Below, piece after piece: positions 34,938 to 45,466 of a stretch of 64,000 bases of DNA. How positions within the stretch are numbered: position 1 is the first letter of the stretch; every line of letters begins with the position of its first letter. A model generated the notes under the pieces. The model ran no database searches, was not told the DNA's origin, and saw only the letters and a list, made by a program, of their open reading frames with translations. Source of the DNA: Acutalibacteraceae bacterium. Lineage in GTDB: Bacteria; Bacillota; Clostridia; Oscillospirales; Acutalibacteraceae. Location of the stretch: NCBI GenBank assembly GCA_045536525.1, contig JAZSNT010000004.1:6910-70909 (forward strand), written 5' to 3'. The position numbers were made by a program, and so were the translations under genes.

Positions 34938-35570
34938 ATGAGCATTTTAAAAAACGCATACAAAAAATTTTTAGTTTTTTAAAAACGATTAAAACTTAAA
35001 AACCATAACTTCACAATAATTTCAAACAACTGCTGCGGGGGAATTATGTACAATAGTCTTGGAGAAAGATTTAACTCTCCAACTATAAATTTATTTATAA
35101 AAACGGAACACTACTTAGACTTTTTAGAAAACCTACAAATCTATTTAAACGCTCCTGTTTTTGATATTTCTAATATTTCTGAAGTAAAATATCCCGTAGG
35201 TCAAATTAAAATATCCGAAAATCAGTTCGTAAATCTTCACTTTGTCCATTATAAAAGTTTTGATGAAGCAAGAAAAAAGTGGGAAGAGCGTAAGCGGAGA
35301 ATTAAATGGACTAATTTATTCGTTTTTATGGAAGCCGGAATTGAAACAACTGATGAGCTCGTAAAAAAATTTGAAGCATTACCGTTTAAAAACAAAGTAA
35401 TTATAACCAATAAACCTTATCCTCAATATCCGAGTTCTTTTTTTATTGATATCTATAACAAAAACTTTTATTGGGGAAAATTAATTTCGCATATTCCAAA
35501 AACCTTATATTCAAAGCGGCATCTCGATAAATTCAATTATGTTAAATGGCTTAATAAAAAGGAAGTTTGA
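34938..35570 (+). pseudogene. DUF1919-family EPS protein interrupted by an in-frame TAA at codon 15
   Basis: The family-typical N-terminal block KRLKLKNHNFTIISNNCCGG lies upstream of the tracked ATG (35046) in the same frame. It is separated from an RBS-preceded ATG (34938) only by TAA at 34980-34982. Confidence 0.65.
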
Positions 35571-36238
35571 TTTTTTTGAAAACACTACTAAGAAAACTTT
35601 ATAATTCTCTAAACCATATTAATATCATTATGGTTCATCACGTAACTGATGACACACCATTAGTTTATTCATGTATCATATCAAAAAACAACTTTTTTTC
35701 CTATATTAAAAACCGAAACTTCGTTTCTTTTGACGAAGGCATCAAAAACTTTAAAAGACACAACGACCTCTGTATCTTAACCATAGATGATGCACTCGAC
35801 AATCTCTATACAACCATTTTCCCTATTTGCAAAGAAAACAATATACCCTTTACCGCTTTTATCAGCGCAGAATTATTGGACAAGCCCGGATATATCACTA
35901 CTAATCAGTTGATAGAAATGTCGCAAAATCCACTTGTAACTATCGGTTCTCATGGTTGCAATCATATAAAACTTAATGAATGCGATAAACAAACTGCACG
36001 TTACGAAATTTTTGCTTCCAAAGAAAAATTAGAAAAGCTTATCGGCAAAAAAATTGAATTATTTTCCTACCCAAATGGTGCAGTTAACAAAAATATTCTA
36101 AAATTAACCAAAAAAGCCGGTTACCGTTACGCAACAGGGGTAACACCCAGACACTGCAACATACTTTCTAAACTCTCAAACAAATACCTATTACCTCGAT
36201 ACAACCTCACAAACGATACCGTAGACACACTTAACTAA
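35567..36238 (+). CDS. Polysaccharide deacetylase (NodB-homology) family protein
   Basis: 223 aa with LTIDDALDN, GSHGCNH and FSYPNG motifs. The TTG start overlaps the previous stop. Confidence 0.7.
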   Translation: MIFLKTLLRKLYNSLNHINIIMVHHVTDDTPLVYSCIISKNNFFSYIKNRNFVSFDEGIKNFKRHNDLCILTIDDALDNLYTTIFPICKENNIPFTAFISAELLDKPGYITTNQLIEMSQNPLVTIGSHGCNHIKLNECDKQTARYEIFASKEKLEKLIGKKIELFSYPNGAVNKNILKLTKKAGYRYATGVTPRHCNILSKLSNKYLLPRYNLTNDTVDTLN

Positions 36239-36248
36239 AGGAGAAACC

Positions 36249-37808
36249 ATGGCAAGTAGCAGAACCTCAAACAGTTTAAAAAATATTGCTTCAAACTTAG
36301 GCCTTAAATTTTTAATGTTAGGGCTTCAATTTGCTACGCGCACTTTATTTATACACAACCTTGGTACAACTTACAACGGTATTAACAGTCTAATTACAAG
36401 TATTTTGTCATTTCTAAATATAGCCGAACTTGGCATAGGTGCTGCTATAGTATACGCTATGTACAAGCCGGTTGCAGATGAAAATGAAGAGAAAACTCTT
36501 CAATATCTTGAATACTATAAAAAAATATATCACATATTAGGTTACGTGGTTTTGGCTATTGGTGTAGCTTTAGCGCCCTTCCTTCCGCTTATGATGAAGG
36601 ACGTAGATGGCGTTATCAAATTACGCGATTTATATTTAATTTATGCCCTATACCTCACTCAATCAGTTTCTTCTTTCTTTGTTTACTCTTATCGCGGCGG
36701 CTTTTTAACGGCCAATCAGAAAGATTACAAACTAACCCCTATAAATTACACCGCCTCAATTCTAACACCTGTTTTGCAAGGTGTTGCACTTATTATATTT
36801 AAAGGAATTTTAGGCTTTTGCATATATACCGCTATTCCAATTTTTATAAGCATCACGCGTAACCTTTTGAATGGTATCTTTATAGCAAAATGGTTCCCAT
36901 ATATAAAACAAAAGCCAAAAGAAACACTTAGTGCAGAAGAAAAAAAGGCCATTTTCAAAAACACCTACGGTTTAGCTATTGCTAAAATTTGTACTATTAT
37001 CAACAACGCTATTGACAGTATACTAATTTCTGCTATGATAGGCGTTGAAATTCTTGGAAAATATTATAATTACCAGACCTTGATTTTAATGGTGACCGGC
37101 TTTGTGGAAATTCTTTTTTCATCTATCCGTCCAAGCATCGGCAACCTTGATGCCAAAGGCACATTAGAAGATAAGAAAAGAGTTTTCGGCATTATAAACT
37201 TTTCCGCCTTTACAATTTACGGATTCTGCAGTATTTGCTATTTCACGGTAGTACAACCATTTATAACAATATGGATAGGTGCCGAAAATATATTACATAT
37301 AGATATCGTTTTTATAATAGCCCTGAACTTCTTAACAAGCGGATTGACTGCTGCAATAAATAACTTTAGAGAAAGTTGCGGTCTTTATTATCAAGGAAGA
37401 TACCGCCCAGTATTCACTACTTTTTTTAATAGTGTTTTCTCGATTATTTTAGGCAAATTCTTTGGTATACCAGGTATTATATCTGCAACAATATTGAGTC
37501 GTTTTATTACTATTTGGTGGTTTGATGCTTATATCGTATTTAAGTATATATTTAAAGAAAAACCCACTAAATATCTTTGCTCTTATCTTATAAAACTCTT
37601 TGTTATATTGGCTTGTGGTGGCCTTATTTCATGGATCTGCTCTATGCACAATTTTACGGGTATTTTTGCAATTGCAACCAATTTACTTATTACATTCATC
37701 TTATTTTCAGCCTTAATTATACTTCTTTTTTCGCAAACCAAAGAATATTGTCATACCAAGACTTTTGTTTGTAATATTTTATACAATTTAAACAAGAAGA
37801 AAAAATAG
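36249..37808 (+). CDS. wzx: MOP-superfamily oligosaccharide flippase
   Basis: 519 aa with about 12-14 hydrophobic segments and an N-terminus (SLKNIASNLGLKFLMLGLQF) typical of Wzx/polysaccharide biosynthesis proteins. Confidence 0.75.
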   Translation: MASSRTSNSLKNIASNLGLKFLMLGLQFATRTLFIHNLGTTYNGINSLITSILSFLNIAELGIGAAIVYAMYKPVADENEEKTLQYLEYYKKIYHILGYVVLAIGVALAPFLPLMMKDVDGVIKLRDLYLIYALYLTQSVSSFFVYSYRGGFLTANQKDYKLTPINYTASILTPVLQGVALIIFKGILGFCIYTAIPIFISITRNLLNGIFIAKWFPYIKQKPKETLSAEEKKAIFKNTYGLAIAKICTIINNAIDSILISAMIGVEILGKYYNYQTLILMVTGFVEILFSSIRPSIGNLDAKGTLEDKKRVFGIINFSAFTIYGFCSICYFTVVQPFITIWIGAENILHIDIVFIIALNFLTSGLTAAINNFRESCGLYYQGRYRPVFTTFFNSVFSIILGKFFGIPGIISATILSRFITIWWFDAYIVFKYIFKEKPTKYLCSYLIKLFVILACGGLISWICSMHNFTGIFAIATNLLITFILFSALIILLFSQTKEYCHTKTFVCNILYNLNKKKK

Positions 37809-37834
37809 TTTTATTTACAGAAAGGAAAAATAAA

Positions 37835-38848
37835 TTGAAAACTCCAAAAATCAGTGTGATTATCCCAGTATATAATGTAGAACCATTTTTAGATTCCTGT
37901 ATTAACAGTATACTTAATCAAACCTACGACAATTTGGAAATCATATTAGTAGATGACGGTTCTACAGACAGCAGTGGTATTATTTGTGATAAATATGCAA
38001 AAAGTCACAAAAAAATCACTATTATACACAAGGAAAACGCCGGTATCTCTGTGGCAAGAAATACCGCTTTAGATATCGCAACCGGTGAATTAATCGCCTT
38101 TATTGACTCAGATGATAGGATAGAATCGAACTATTTTGAAATCTTATTAAACAGCCTTATAGAATATGATGCTGATATAAGTACATGTGGATATAAAAAA
38201 CTAAACAAACACTGTTTTTGCTCTGGTGAAAAACCCATAGAAGTTTTTCAAAATGAAGAAATAGCAGAACAAATATACCGAAAAAAAAATATTGGTCTTG
38301 CCCCCTGGTCTAAGCTGATTCGTCGTGAAATTATCGGAGATTTGCGCTTTATGGTTGGACGCATAAATCAAGATGATCTTTTCAGCTTGCAAATTTTTCA
38401 ACGTTCAAACAAGATAATCAAAAATAATCTTCCATTATATTTATATACGGTAAATACATCTGGCGTAACTTATAATAAATACGGAACACGCAAAATAGAT
38501 ATCTTGCCCATTTCATTTGCAAAGCTTCAAATTGTTGAAAACACATGGATTGACTATTTACCTGATGCTCTATATTCTGCTGCATGCTCATTTATTGACG
38601 TACATATCGAGTACGCACGGCGAAAGCTTTATAATGACGACATATTTAAAAACAAATTATTAAAAGATCGCGAGGATTTGTACCAATTTTTTCATACCCA
38701 CGAGCACCTTCTTTCTGATTTAATAAAGAAAAAAATAAACTTTTATTATAATAACACCGGTAAAATTATGCTCTGCGACCGAATCAGATTTGCCCAAAAA
38801 AGCCTCAGATGCTTCGCAAGAAAAATCATAAAAGGAGCCAAAATATGA
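37835..38848 (+). CDS. GT2-family glycosyltransferase
   Basis: Motifs ISVIIPVYNVEPFL, VDDGSTD and FIDSDD. It uses a TTG start. Confidence 0.85.
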   Translation: MKTPKISVIIPVYNVEPFLDSCINSILNQTYDNLEIILVDDGSTDSSGIICDKYAKSHKKITIIHKENAGISVARNTALDIATGELIAFIDSDDRIESNYFEILLNSLIEYDADISTCGYKKLNKHCFCSGEKPIEVFQNEEIAEQIYRKKNIGLAPWSKLIRREIIGDLRFMVGRINQDDLFSLQIFQRSNKIIKNNLPLYLYTVNTSGVTYNKYGTRKIDILPISFAKLQIVENTWIDYLPDALYSAACSFIDVHIEYARRKLYNDDIFKNKLLKDREDLYQFFHTHEHLLSDLIKKKINFYYNNTGKIMLCDRIRFAQKSLRCFARKIIKGAKI

Positions 38849-39648
38849 AAAATATATTTTATAAAGACTGCACACTACTGGTAAATAGTTGCGATTCATA
38901 TTGCGATTGCTGGGACGGATTTTTCCAACTTCTCAAAATACAGTGGCCGGATTTCGATATGAATATAGTCTTGAACACCGAATCCAAGACCTATTCATTC
39001 GCGGATTTAAAAATTCAAACCTTCCAAATGTATAAAAACAAAAACACATCTTGGGGCAAACGAATGATTGAAACTCTAAAAAGAATCAAAACCAAATATA
39101 TTCTTTTTACTCTTGAAGATTTTTATATCGAATCCCCTGTAAACACTGAAGAACTACTTAAATGCTACGATTATATGGAAAATAACCCAAACATTGCATA
39201 TTTCTCGTTCTTCCCAACCAAAGATGTCAACAATATCAAATCCGAAAAATATCCGGGATTTGAAAAGCGCTCACAAAAGGGCGAATACCGCCTCAACTGC
39301 CAAATTGCACTATGGAACAGGGAAAAATTAATCTCATATATCCGTACTCACGAAAGTCCATGGGAATGGGAACTGTACGGAAGCAAGCGCTCATCGAGGT
39401 ACAAGGAAGAATTCTATAGCATTTGCAAAGATACCCCAAAAATATTTGATTATCAAAACGGTAGTATAATAATGCGCGGCAGATGGTATATGGAAAGAAT
39501 CATTCCACTCAAAGAAAAATATCGTTTGAATATAGATTTTTCGAAGCGCGGAACATATGAAGATTTTATCGCTTTTCCGCAAAATCACCAACGAAACCTT
39601 TGGCGTGGAATCAAAAATCGTATAAATGAATTAAAATCACTAATCTAA
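38845..39648 (+). CDS. Hypothetical polysaccharide-locus protein
   Basis: The start was moved to [19 protein letters not shown] (ATGA overlap with the previous gene). No family is assigned with confidence. Confidence 0.5.
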   Translation: MKNIFYKDCTLLVNSCDSYCDCWDGFFQLLKIQWPDFDMNIVLNTESKTYSFADLKIQTFQMYKNKNTSWGKRMIETLKRIKTKYILFTLEDFYIESPVNTEELLKCYDYMENNPNIAYFSFFPTKDVNNIKSEKYPGFEKRSQKGEYRLNCQIALWNREKLISYIRTHESPWEWELYGSKRSSRYKEEFYSICKDTPKIFDYQNGSIIMRGRWYMERIIPLKEKYRLNIDFSKRGTYEDFIAFPQNHQRNLWRGIKNRINELKSLI

Positions 39649-39679
39649 AATAGTGCTTTACTTTTTAAAGGAGTCTGAA

Positions 39680-40918
39680 ATGAAAATAACAGTTGCAGGA
39701 ACCGGGTATGTTGGACTTTCACTCGCCGTTCTTTTATCACAACAAAATAATGTTACCGCAATAGATATTTGTGAAGAAAAAGTAAATAAAATCAATAACC
39801 GAATATCACCTATAAAAGACGAAAAAATTGAAGAATTTTTTCGTTCAAAAAAATTAAACCTTTTTGCCACCACCGATAGCGAAGTTGCTTATAAAAATGC
39901 AGACTTTATAATTATAGCGGCCCCAACAAACTATGATCCAAAAGAAAACTTTTTTGATACTTCCGCTGTGGAAAATGTGTTGAATACTGTGCTTAAATAT
40001 AATAAGAACGCTTGTATTGTCATTAAGTCAACTGTTCCTGTAGGTTACACTAAAAGTATATCAGAAAAAATGAATTATAAAAACATTCTGTTTAGTCCGG
40101 AGTTTTTACGAGAAGGTCAAGCACTCTATGATAATCTTTATCCCTCACGAATCATTGTGGGGACAGATATTTCCGACAAAAACCTCCTCATTGCAGCCCA
40201 AACCTTTGCCAAATTATTAAAAGAAAGTTCTTTAAAAGAGAATGTTGATATTTTACTTATCGACCACACTGAGGCGGAAGCGGTAAAGCTTTTCGCAAAC
40301 ACATATTTAGCACTCAGAATATCATTCTTCAACGAGCTTGACACTTATGCAGAATTGAAGGAACTCAACACACAAAATATTATTAATGGTATTTGTTTAG
40401 ATCCCAGAATCGGCGCTCATTATAACAATCCTTCCTTCGGTTACGGTGGATACTGTCTCCCAAAAGACACAAAACAGTTATTAGCCAACTATAAAGATGT
40501 TCCGGAAAACCTAATAGAAGCAATCGTGGAATCTAACAAAACCAGAAAAGATTTTATTGCTAATCAAGTATTAAAAAGCGCTAACTATTACGACTATTGT
40601 GAAAACGGAGAATTTGACCAATCCAAAGAATTCACTTGCACTATCGGAGTTTATCGCCTAACTATGAAACACAACTCTGATAATTTTAGACAAAGTGCCG
40701 TACAGGGTATAATAAAGCGCCTCAAGGCCAAGGGTGCCCACATAATAATATATGAACCCACTTTAGAAAACGGCAGCACCTTCTTCGGTTCTCCGGTTGT
40801 TAACGATTTGGCAAAGTTCAAAGAAAAATGTCAAATTATTATTGCTAACCGTTTTAATTCATGTTTAAATGATGTCAAATCAAAAGTTTATACCCGAGAC
40901 ATCTTCGAACGTGATTAA
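39680..40918 (+). CDS. ugd: UDP-glucose 6-dehydrogenase
   Basis: [14 protein letters not shown] Rossmann start behind the RBS AAAGGAG, with the catalytic [10 protein letters not shown] motif. Confidence 0.9.
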   Translation: MKITVAGTGYVGLSLAVLLSQQNNVTAIDICEEKVNKINNRISPIKDEKIEEFFRSKKLNLFATTDSEVAYKNADFIIIAAPTNYDPKENFFDTSAVENVLNTVLKYNKNACIVIKSTVPVGYTKSISEKMNYKNILFSPEFLREGQALYDNLYPSRIIVGTDISDKNLLIAAQTFAKLLKESSLKENVDILLIDHTEAEAVKLFANTYLALRISFFNELDTYAELKELNTQNIINGICLDPRIGAHYNNPSFGYGGYCLPKDTKQLLANYKDVPENLIEAIVESNKTRKDFIANQVLKSANYYDYCENGEFDQSKEFTCTIGVYRLTMKHNSDNFRQSAVQGIIKRLKAKGAHIIIYEPTLENGSTFFGSPVVNDLAKFKEKCQIIIANRFNSCLNDVKSKVYTRDIFERD

Positions 40919-40990
40919 TTCTCCCAACCATTGAAAAGACCGTATTATGTCAAATTTAAAAACAAAAATACTATATACTTTGGTGATTCA

Positions 40991-42025
40991 ATGAATAATT
41001 CTTCTATCTTATCAGGTCAAAAAACTGAATATCCATTTATCGATATTTTGAAATTTATCGGTGCATTGCTTGTCGTTGCAATTCATACTGCGCCATTTCA
41101 CGATATAAATTCCTTGCTTAATCACGGTGTCAATAATTTAATTGCACGAATAGCAGTTCCTTTATTTTTTATTTCAAACGGTTATTTCTTATTTAAAAAA
41201 ACATCTTTTTATGAATTCAATTTTGCAATACCTTTTAATTATTGCAAAAAGGTTTTACGCCTATACGTTATTTGGACTTTAATATATTTACCCTTGATAA
41301 TTCGCTGGATTCTAACACAAAATAGCTTTATCCCTTTTTTGCAAAATCTGATTTTTAGTGGAACATATGACCATTTGTGGTATCTTGGAGGAACAGTTGT
41401 CGGCATTTTATTGCTTTCTTTACTTATTAAATGTAAAATTAAAATGAAAACCACAATTGCCATCTCGCTTGTTTTGTACTCCTTTGGTTTAATTCTACAA
41501 ACATATGGTTCCTTGTTTAATATGATATTACCCTTTAATGTAAACAATATTTTTTCGCCTATCCTTGATTTAATAATCACTCCTCGAAACGGTATTCTTT
41601 TTGCATTCCCGTTTATACTTCTAGGCGCTCTATTTGCTTTTAAAAATATAACTATTAAACCTTTATTTGCTATAACCGGATTATCTATATCCTTTGGTCT
41701 TTTACTATTAGAAGCTTTTGTGGTGCAATACTTACATTGGGCAAAAGATTATAATATGTATATCTTCTTGATTCCTGCAACATTTTTCATTTTCTTCTTT
41801 GGTTTAAACATCAAATTGAAACCACATATAATCTATCATAACTTACGCGTCACAGGGATTTTAATATATTTTATACACCCCATTTTTATTTTTATTTTGG
41901 GTGGTGTGCAAAACTCCCTTATAAAATATATTTTGGTTGTTGTTTTTTCAATTACCTTTGCCGAAGGCATATACTTTTTAAAACGCTTCAAACCATTTAA
42001 TTGGCTCAGCAAATTATACTCATAA
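40991..42025 (+). CDS. Acyltransferase-3 family membrane O-acyltransferase (start uncertain)
   Basis: Polytopic membrane protein with FIDILKFIGALLVVAIHTAPF (conserved His) near the N-terminus. The tracked TTG start at 40931 is also possible. Confidence 0.65.
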   Translation: MNNSSILSGQKTEYPFIDILKFIGALLVVAIHTAPFHDINSLLNHGVNNLIARIAVPLFFISNGYFLFKKTSFYEFNFAIPFNYCKKVLRLYVIWTLIYLPLIIRWILTQNSFIPFLQNLIFSGTYDHLWYLGGTVVGILLLSLLIKCKIKMKTTIAISLVLYSFGLILQTYGSLFNMILPFNVNNIFSPILDLIITPRNGILFAFPFILLGALFAFKNITIKPLFAITGLSISFGLLLLEAFVVQYLHWAKDYNMYIFLIPATFFIFFFGLNIKLKPHIIYHNLRVTGILIYFIHPIFIFILGGVQNSLIKYILVVVFSITFAEGIYFLKRFKPFNWLSKLYS

Positions 42026-42051
42026 TTCCAAATAATTTCGGAGATGATATT

Positions 42052-43098
42052 ATGTCAAATTTTAAAAACAAAACACTTTTAATAACCGGCGGTACCGGTA
42101 GCTTTGGTAATGCTGTACTTAACCGTTTTTTGGCTACAGATATCGGTGAAATACGAATTTTGTCGCGCGATGAGAAAAAGCAGGATGATATGCGTCACGA
42201 ATTTCAGGCGAAAATGCCTGAAGTTGCTGAAAAAATCACCTTCTACATCGGTGATGTGCGAGATTTAGCCTCGGTTAAAAATGCTATGCACGGGGTTGAT
42301 TACATCTTCCATGCTGCCGCACTAAAACAAGTACCTTCTTGCGAATTTTTCCCGATAGAAGCGGTTAAAACCAACGTTTTAGGCACCGAAAACGTGCTTA
42401 CTGCTGCTATTGAAGCCGGTGTTCAAAATATTGTGTGCCTTTCTACCGATAAGGCAGCATACCCCGTAAACGCTATGGGTACTTCTAAAGCTATGATGGA
42501 AAAGGTTATTGTGGCAAAATCTCGCACAGTAAGTCCTGATAAAACCAAAATCTGCTGTACCCGTTACGGCAACGTTATGTGTAGCCGCGGCAGCGTTATT
42601 CCGCTTTGGATAGAACAGATTAAGGCAGGCAAGGATATTACCATCACAGAGCCCTCTATGACACGATTTATAATGTCGCTTGACGAAGCAGTTGACCTTG
42701 TGCTTTTCGCCTTTAAAAACGGCAAATCGGGTGATATATTGGTTCAAAAGGCACCAGCTTGCACCATTGAAACCTTGGCAAAAGCCGTTACCGAACTCTT
42801 TAATCCTGATACTAAAATTAAGGTTATCGGTATCCGCCACGGCGAAAAGATGTACGAAACCCTTCTTACAAACGAAGAATGTGCAAACGCCACCGATATG
42901 GGTGACTTTTACCGCGTACCTTGTGATAACCGCGGTCTTAACTATGATAAATACTTTAAAAACGGCGATGTAGAGCGCAATCCTTTGACTGAATTTAACT
43001 CGAATAACACCGACTTACTTAATGTAGAACAGGTTAAAGAAAAACTTTTAAGCCTTGCGTACATACGCGATGAACTCGCCGCTTTGGAGAACAAATAA
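42052..43098 (+). CDS. fnlA: UDP-N-acetylglucosamine 4,6-dehydratase (inverting), CapE/FnlA-type
   Basis: MSNFKNKTLLITGGTGSFGNAVL start behind the RBS GGAG, with SDR motifs and a MGTSK catalytic block. Confidence 0.85.
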   Translation: MSNFKNKTLLITGGTGSFGNAVLNRFLATDIGEIRILSRDEKKQDDMRHEFQAKMPEVAEKITFYIGDVRDLASVKNAMHGVDYIFHAAALKQVPSCEFFPIEAVKTNVLGTENVLTAAIEAGVQNIVCLSTDKAAYPVNAMGTSKAMMEKVIVAKSRTVSPDKTKICCTRYGNVMCSRGSVIPLWIEQIKAGKDITITEPSMTRFIMSLDEAVDLVLFAFKNGKSGDILVQKAPACTIETLAKAVTELFNPDTKIKVIGIRHGEKMYETLLTNEECANATDMGDFYRVPCDNRGLNYDKYFKNGDVERNPLTEFNSNNTDLLNVEQVKEKLLSLAYIRDELAALENK

Positions 43099-44258
43099 TG
43101 AATATTTTAATTACAGGTGCTAAAGGTTTTGTTGGTAAAAACCTAACCGAAGCACTTAAAAACATTCGCGACGGCAAAGACCGTACCCGTCCCGAATTGC
43201 AAATAGACGAAATTTATCTTTACGATATTGACTCCTCTTCCGAAGAGCTTGACAAATATTGTAAAGAAGCAGACTTTGTATTTAACCTTGCAGGGGTTAA
43301 CCGTCCGCAAAACTCGGACGAGTTTATGCAAGGTAATTTTGGATTTGCGTCTTCATTATTAGAAGCCCTTAAAAAGCACAACAATACATGCCCCGTTATG
43401 CTTTCTTCTTCAATTCAAGCAACGCTTGAAGGCCGTTACGACAACGATTACGGAAGAAGCAAAAGAGCAGGCGAAGACTTGTTTTTTGACTATGCCAAAA
43501 CCAGTGGTGCGAGTGTGCTTATCTACCGTTTCCCAAACCTTTTTGGTAAATGGTGTCGCCCAAATTATAACAGTGTTATAGCCACTTGGTGCCATAACAT
43601 TGCAAACGATTTAGAAATCACAATAAATGACCGCAACGCACAGTTAGAACTGCTTTACATAGACGATTTAATTGACGAAATGCTTTTGTGTCTTAGCGGC
43701 GAACCGCACAAAGATGGTGATTTTTGTATTTGCCCCGTTACCCACAAAGTAACTTTAGGTGAAATCGCAGACCTTTTATATTCCTTTAAATCGCAACCAC
43801 AAACGCTTATAATACCGGAAATTCCGCCAAGTAGTTTCGCAAAAAAACTCTATTCCACATTTCTTTCATATTTACCAAAAGAAAAGGTGAGTTTTCCGCT
43901 TAAAATGAATGTGGACAACCGTGGCAGTTTTACTGAACTTTTAAAAACCGCAAACTGCGGACAATTTTCTGTAAACATATCCAAACCCGGTATTACAAAA
44001 GGCCAACATTGGCATAATACCAAATGGGAATTCTTTATTGTGGTTAGCGGCAAAGGACTTATTGAGCAACGTAAAATCGGCTCAGATGAAGTTTTACGTT
44101 TCGAAGTTTCTGGTGAAAAAATCGAAGCTGTACACATGCTTCCCGGTTACACCCACAATATTATAAATCTTAGTGAGACAGATGATTTAGTAACACTTAT
44201 GTGGGCTAACGAACAGTTTGACACCAATCATCCCGATACATTTTTCGAAGAGGTATAA
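43098..44258 (+). CDS. fnlB: CapF/FnlB-type bifunctional reductase/epimerase
   Basis: 386 aa with an N-terminal SDR (ILITGAKGFVGKNL) and a C-terminal cupin-like domain (GQHWHNTKWEFFIVVSG). Confidence 0.8.
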   Translation: MNILITGAKGFVGKNLTEALKNIRDGKDRTRPELQIDEIYLYDIDSSSEELDKYCKEADFVFNLAGVNRPQNSDEFMQGNFGFASSLLEALKKHNNTCPVMLSSSIQATLEGRYDNDYGRSKRAGEDLFFDYAKTSGASVLIYRFPNLFGKWCRPNYNSVIATWCHNIANDLEITINDRNAQLELLYIDDLIDEMLLCLSGEPHKDGDFCICPVTHKVTLGEIADLLYSFKSQPQTLIIPEIPPSSFAKKLYSTFLSYLPKEKVSFPLKMNVDNRGSFTELLKTANCGQFSVNISKPGITKGQHWHNTKWEFFIVVSGKGLIEQRKIGSDEVLRFEVSGEKIEAVHMLPGYTHNIINLSETDDLVTLMWANEQFDTNHPDTFFEEV

Positions 44259-44261
44259 ACT

Positions 44262-45464
44262 ATGCTAAACTATCAGCAAAAAGCACTGCTGGCACTCTTA
44301 CAACCCAATAGTGAATTCGATTTTTCGGTGCTTTCAGCTGACGATTGGCAAAAAGTTTTAGAGGAAAGCATAAAACAAGCCGTTATATTACAGGCTTTTG
44401 ATTACACCGGGAAATGCAAAACGCATATCCCACAAGACGTTTATCAATCATGGTTTGATTTATGTATGAAGTACCTGCTAAATAATTCTAAGGTATTGTC
44501 AGCACAAAACAACCTGATAAATATCTTAAATAAAAACGATTTTTCCTACATTATATTAAAAGGGCTTTCTTCCGCGTCTTTTTATCCGGATTACCATAAA
44601 CGGCTTTTAGGTGATGTAGATTTTCTTATTTGTCCCGAACAACAAGAAGCCGTAGAAAACGCACTGATTGACGCAGGTTATAAAAAAGAACTCGATGAAC
44701 ATATATGTCACCGAGTATTTAAAAAGAAAAATGAGCATTTAGAAATGCATTTTGAGGTTGCAGGGATTCCATATGGAAAATCAGGCGAATATTTCCGCGA
44801 ATATTTAAAAAACGCCACACAAGAGTATGAAGAAAACGAAAACCCACACTTCAAAAAACCGTCACCCCAAACCCACGGTGTAATAATTTTTCTGCACACC
44901 ATACACCATTTATTAGGTGAAGGATTGGGTCTTCGCCACCTTTACGACTGGGCGTATTTTGTAGACAAAACCCTAAACTATTCATTTTGGGTTACTGATT
45001 TATTACCGCTTCTTGAAAAAAGCGGCACGCTATATTTCGCCAAAATTATAACCAGAACCGCTCATATATATTTGGGTACTGCCTGTCCCGACTGGGCAGA
45101 AGATATTGAAGATTCACTATGTGCTGCTCTTATCGGTGATATTTTCGCCTCGGGTAATCTTGGCAAAAATGATAAAGACCGAGCTGGCAGCAGTAAAATG
45201 ATTTCCCAAAACGGAAAAAGCGGTACGAATAACGGAAAATTTAAAAACCAATTTTTGACACTAAAAAACTCGATGTACTATTTGTACCCATTTTTGCACA
45301 AATGGAAAATTCTTTATCCATTTATATTTATATGGCGAATAATACGCTATTTAATACTAATGCTTTTTGGCAAACGACCGTCTCTTATAAAAGCTAATGC
45401 CCATGCAAATAAGCGTTTGGCACTATATAAACAGTTCAAACTCTATGAAAATACGGAGGAATAA
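44262..45464 (+). CDS. Uncharacterised nucleotidyltransferase-family protein (NTP_transf_5-like)
   Basis: 400 aa. The block LKGLSSASFYPDYHKRLLGDVDFLI resembles the GxS...DxD core of that family. The assignment is from memory. Confidence 0.5.
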   Translation: MLNYQQKALLALLQPNSEFDFSVLSADDWQKVLEESIKQAVILQAFDYTGKCKTHIPQDVYQSWFDLCMKYLLNNSKVLSAQNNLINILNKNDFSYIILKGLSSASFYPDYHKRLLGDVDFLICPEQQEAVENALIDAGYKKELDEHICHRVFKKKNEHLEMHFEVAGIPYGKSGEYFREYLKNATQEYEENENPHFKKPSPQTHGVIIFLHTIHHLLGEGLGLRHLYDWAYFVDKTLNYSFWVTDLLPLLEKSGTLYFAKIITRTAHIYLGTACPDWAEDIEDSLCAALIGDIFASGNLGKNDKDRAGSSKMISQNGKSGTNNGKFKNQFLTLKNSMYYLYPFLHKWKILYPFIFIWRIIRYLILMLFGKRPSLIKANAHANKRLALYKQFKLYENTEE

Positions 45465-45466
45465 TA

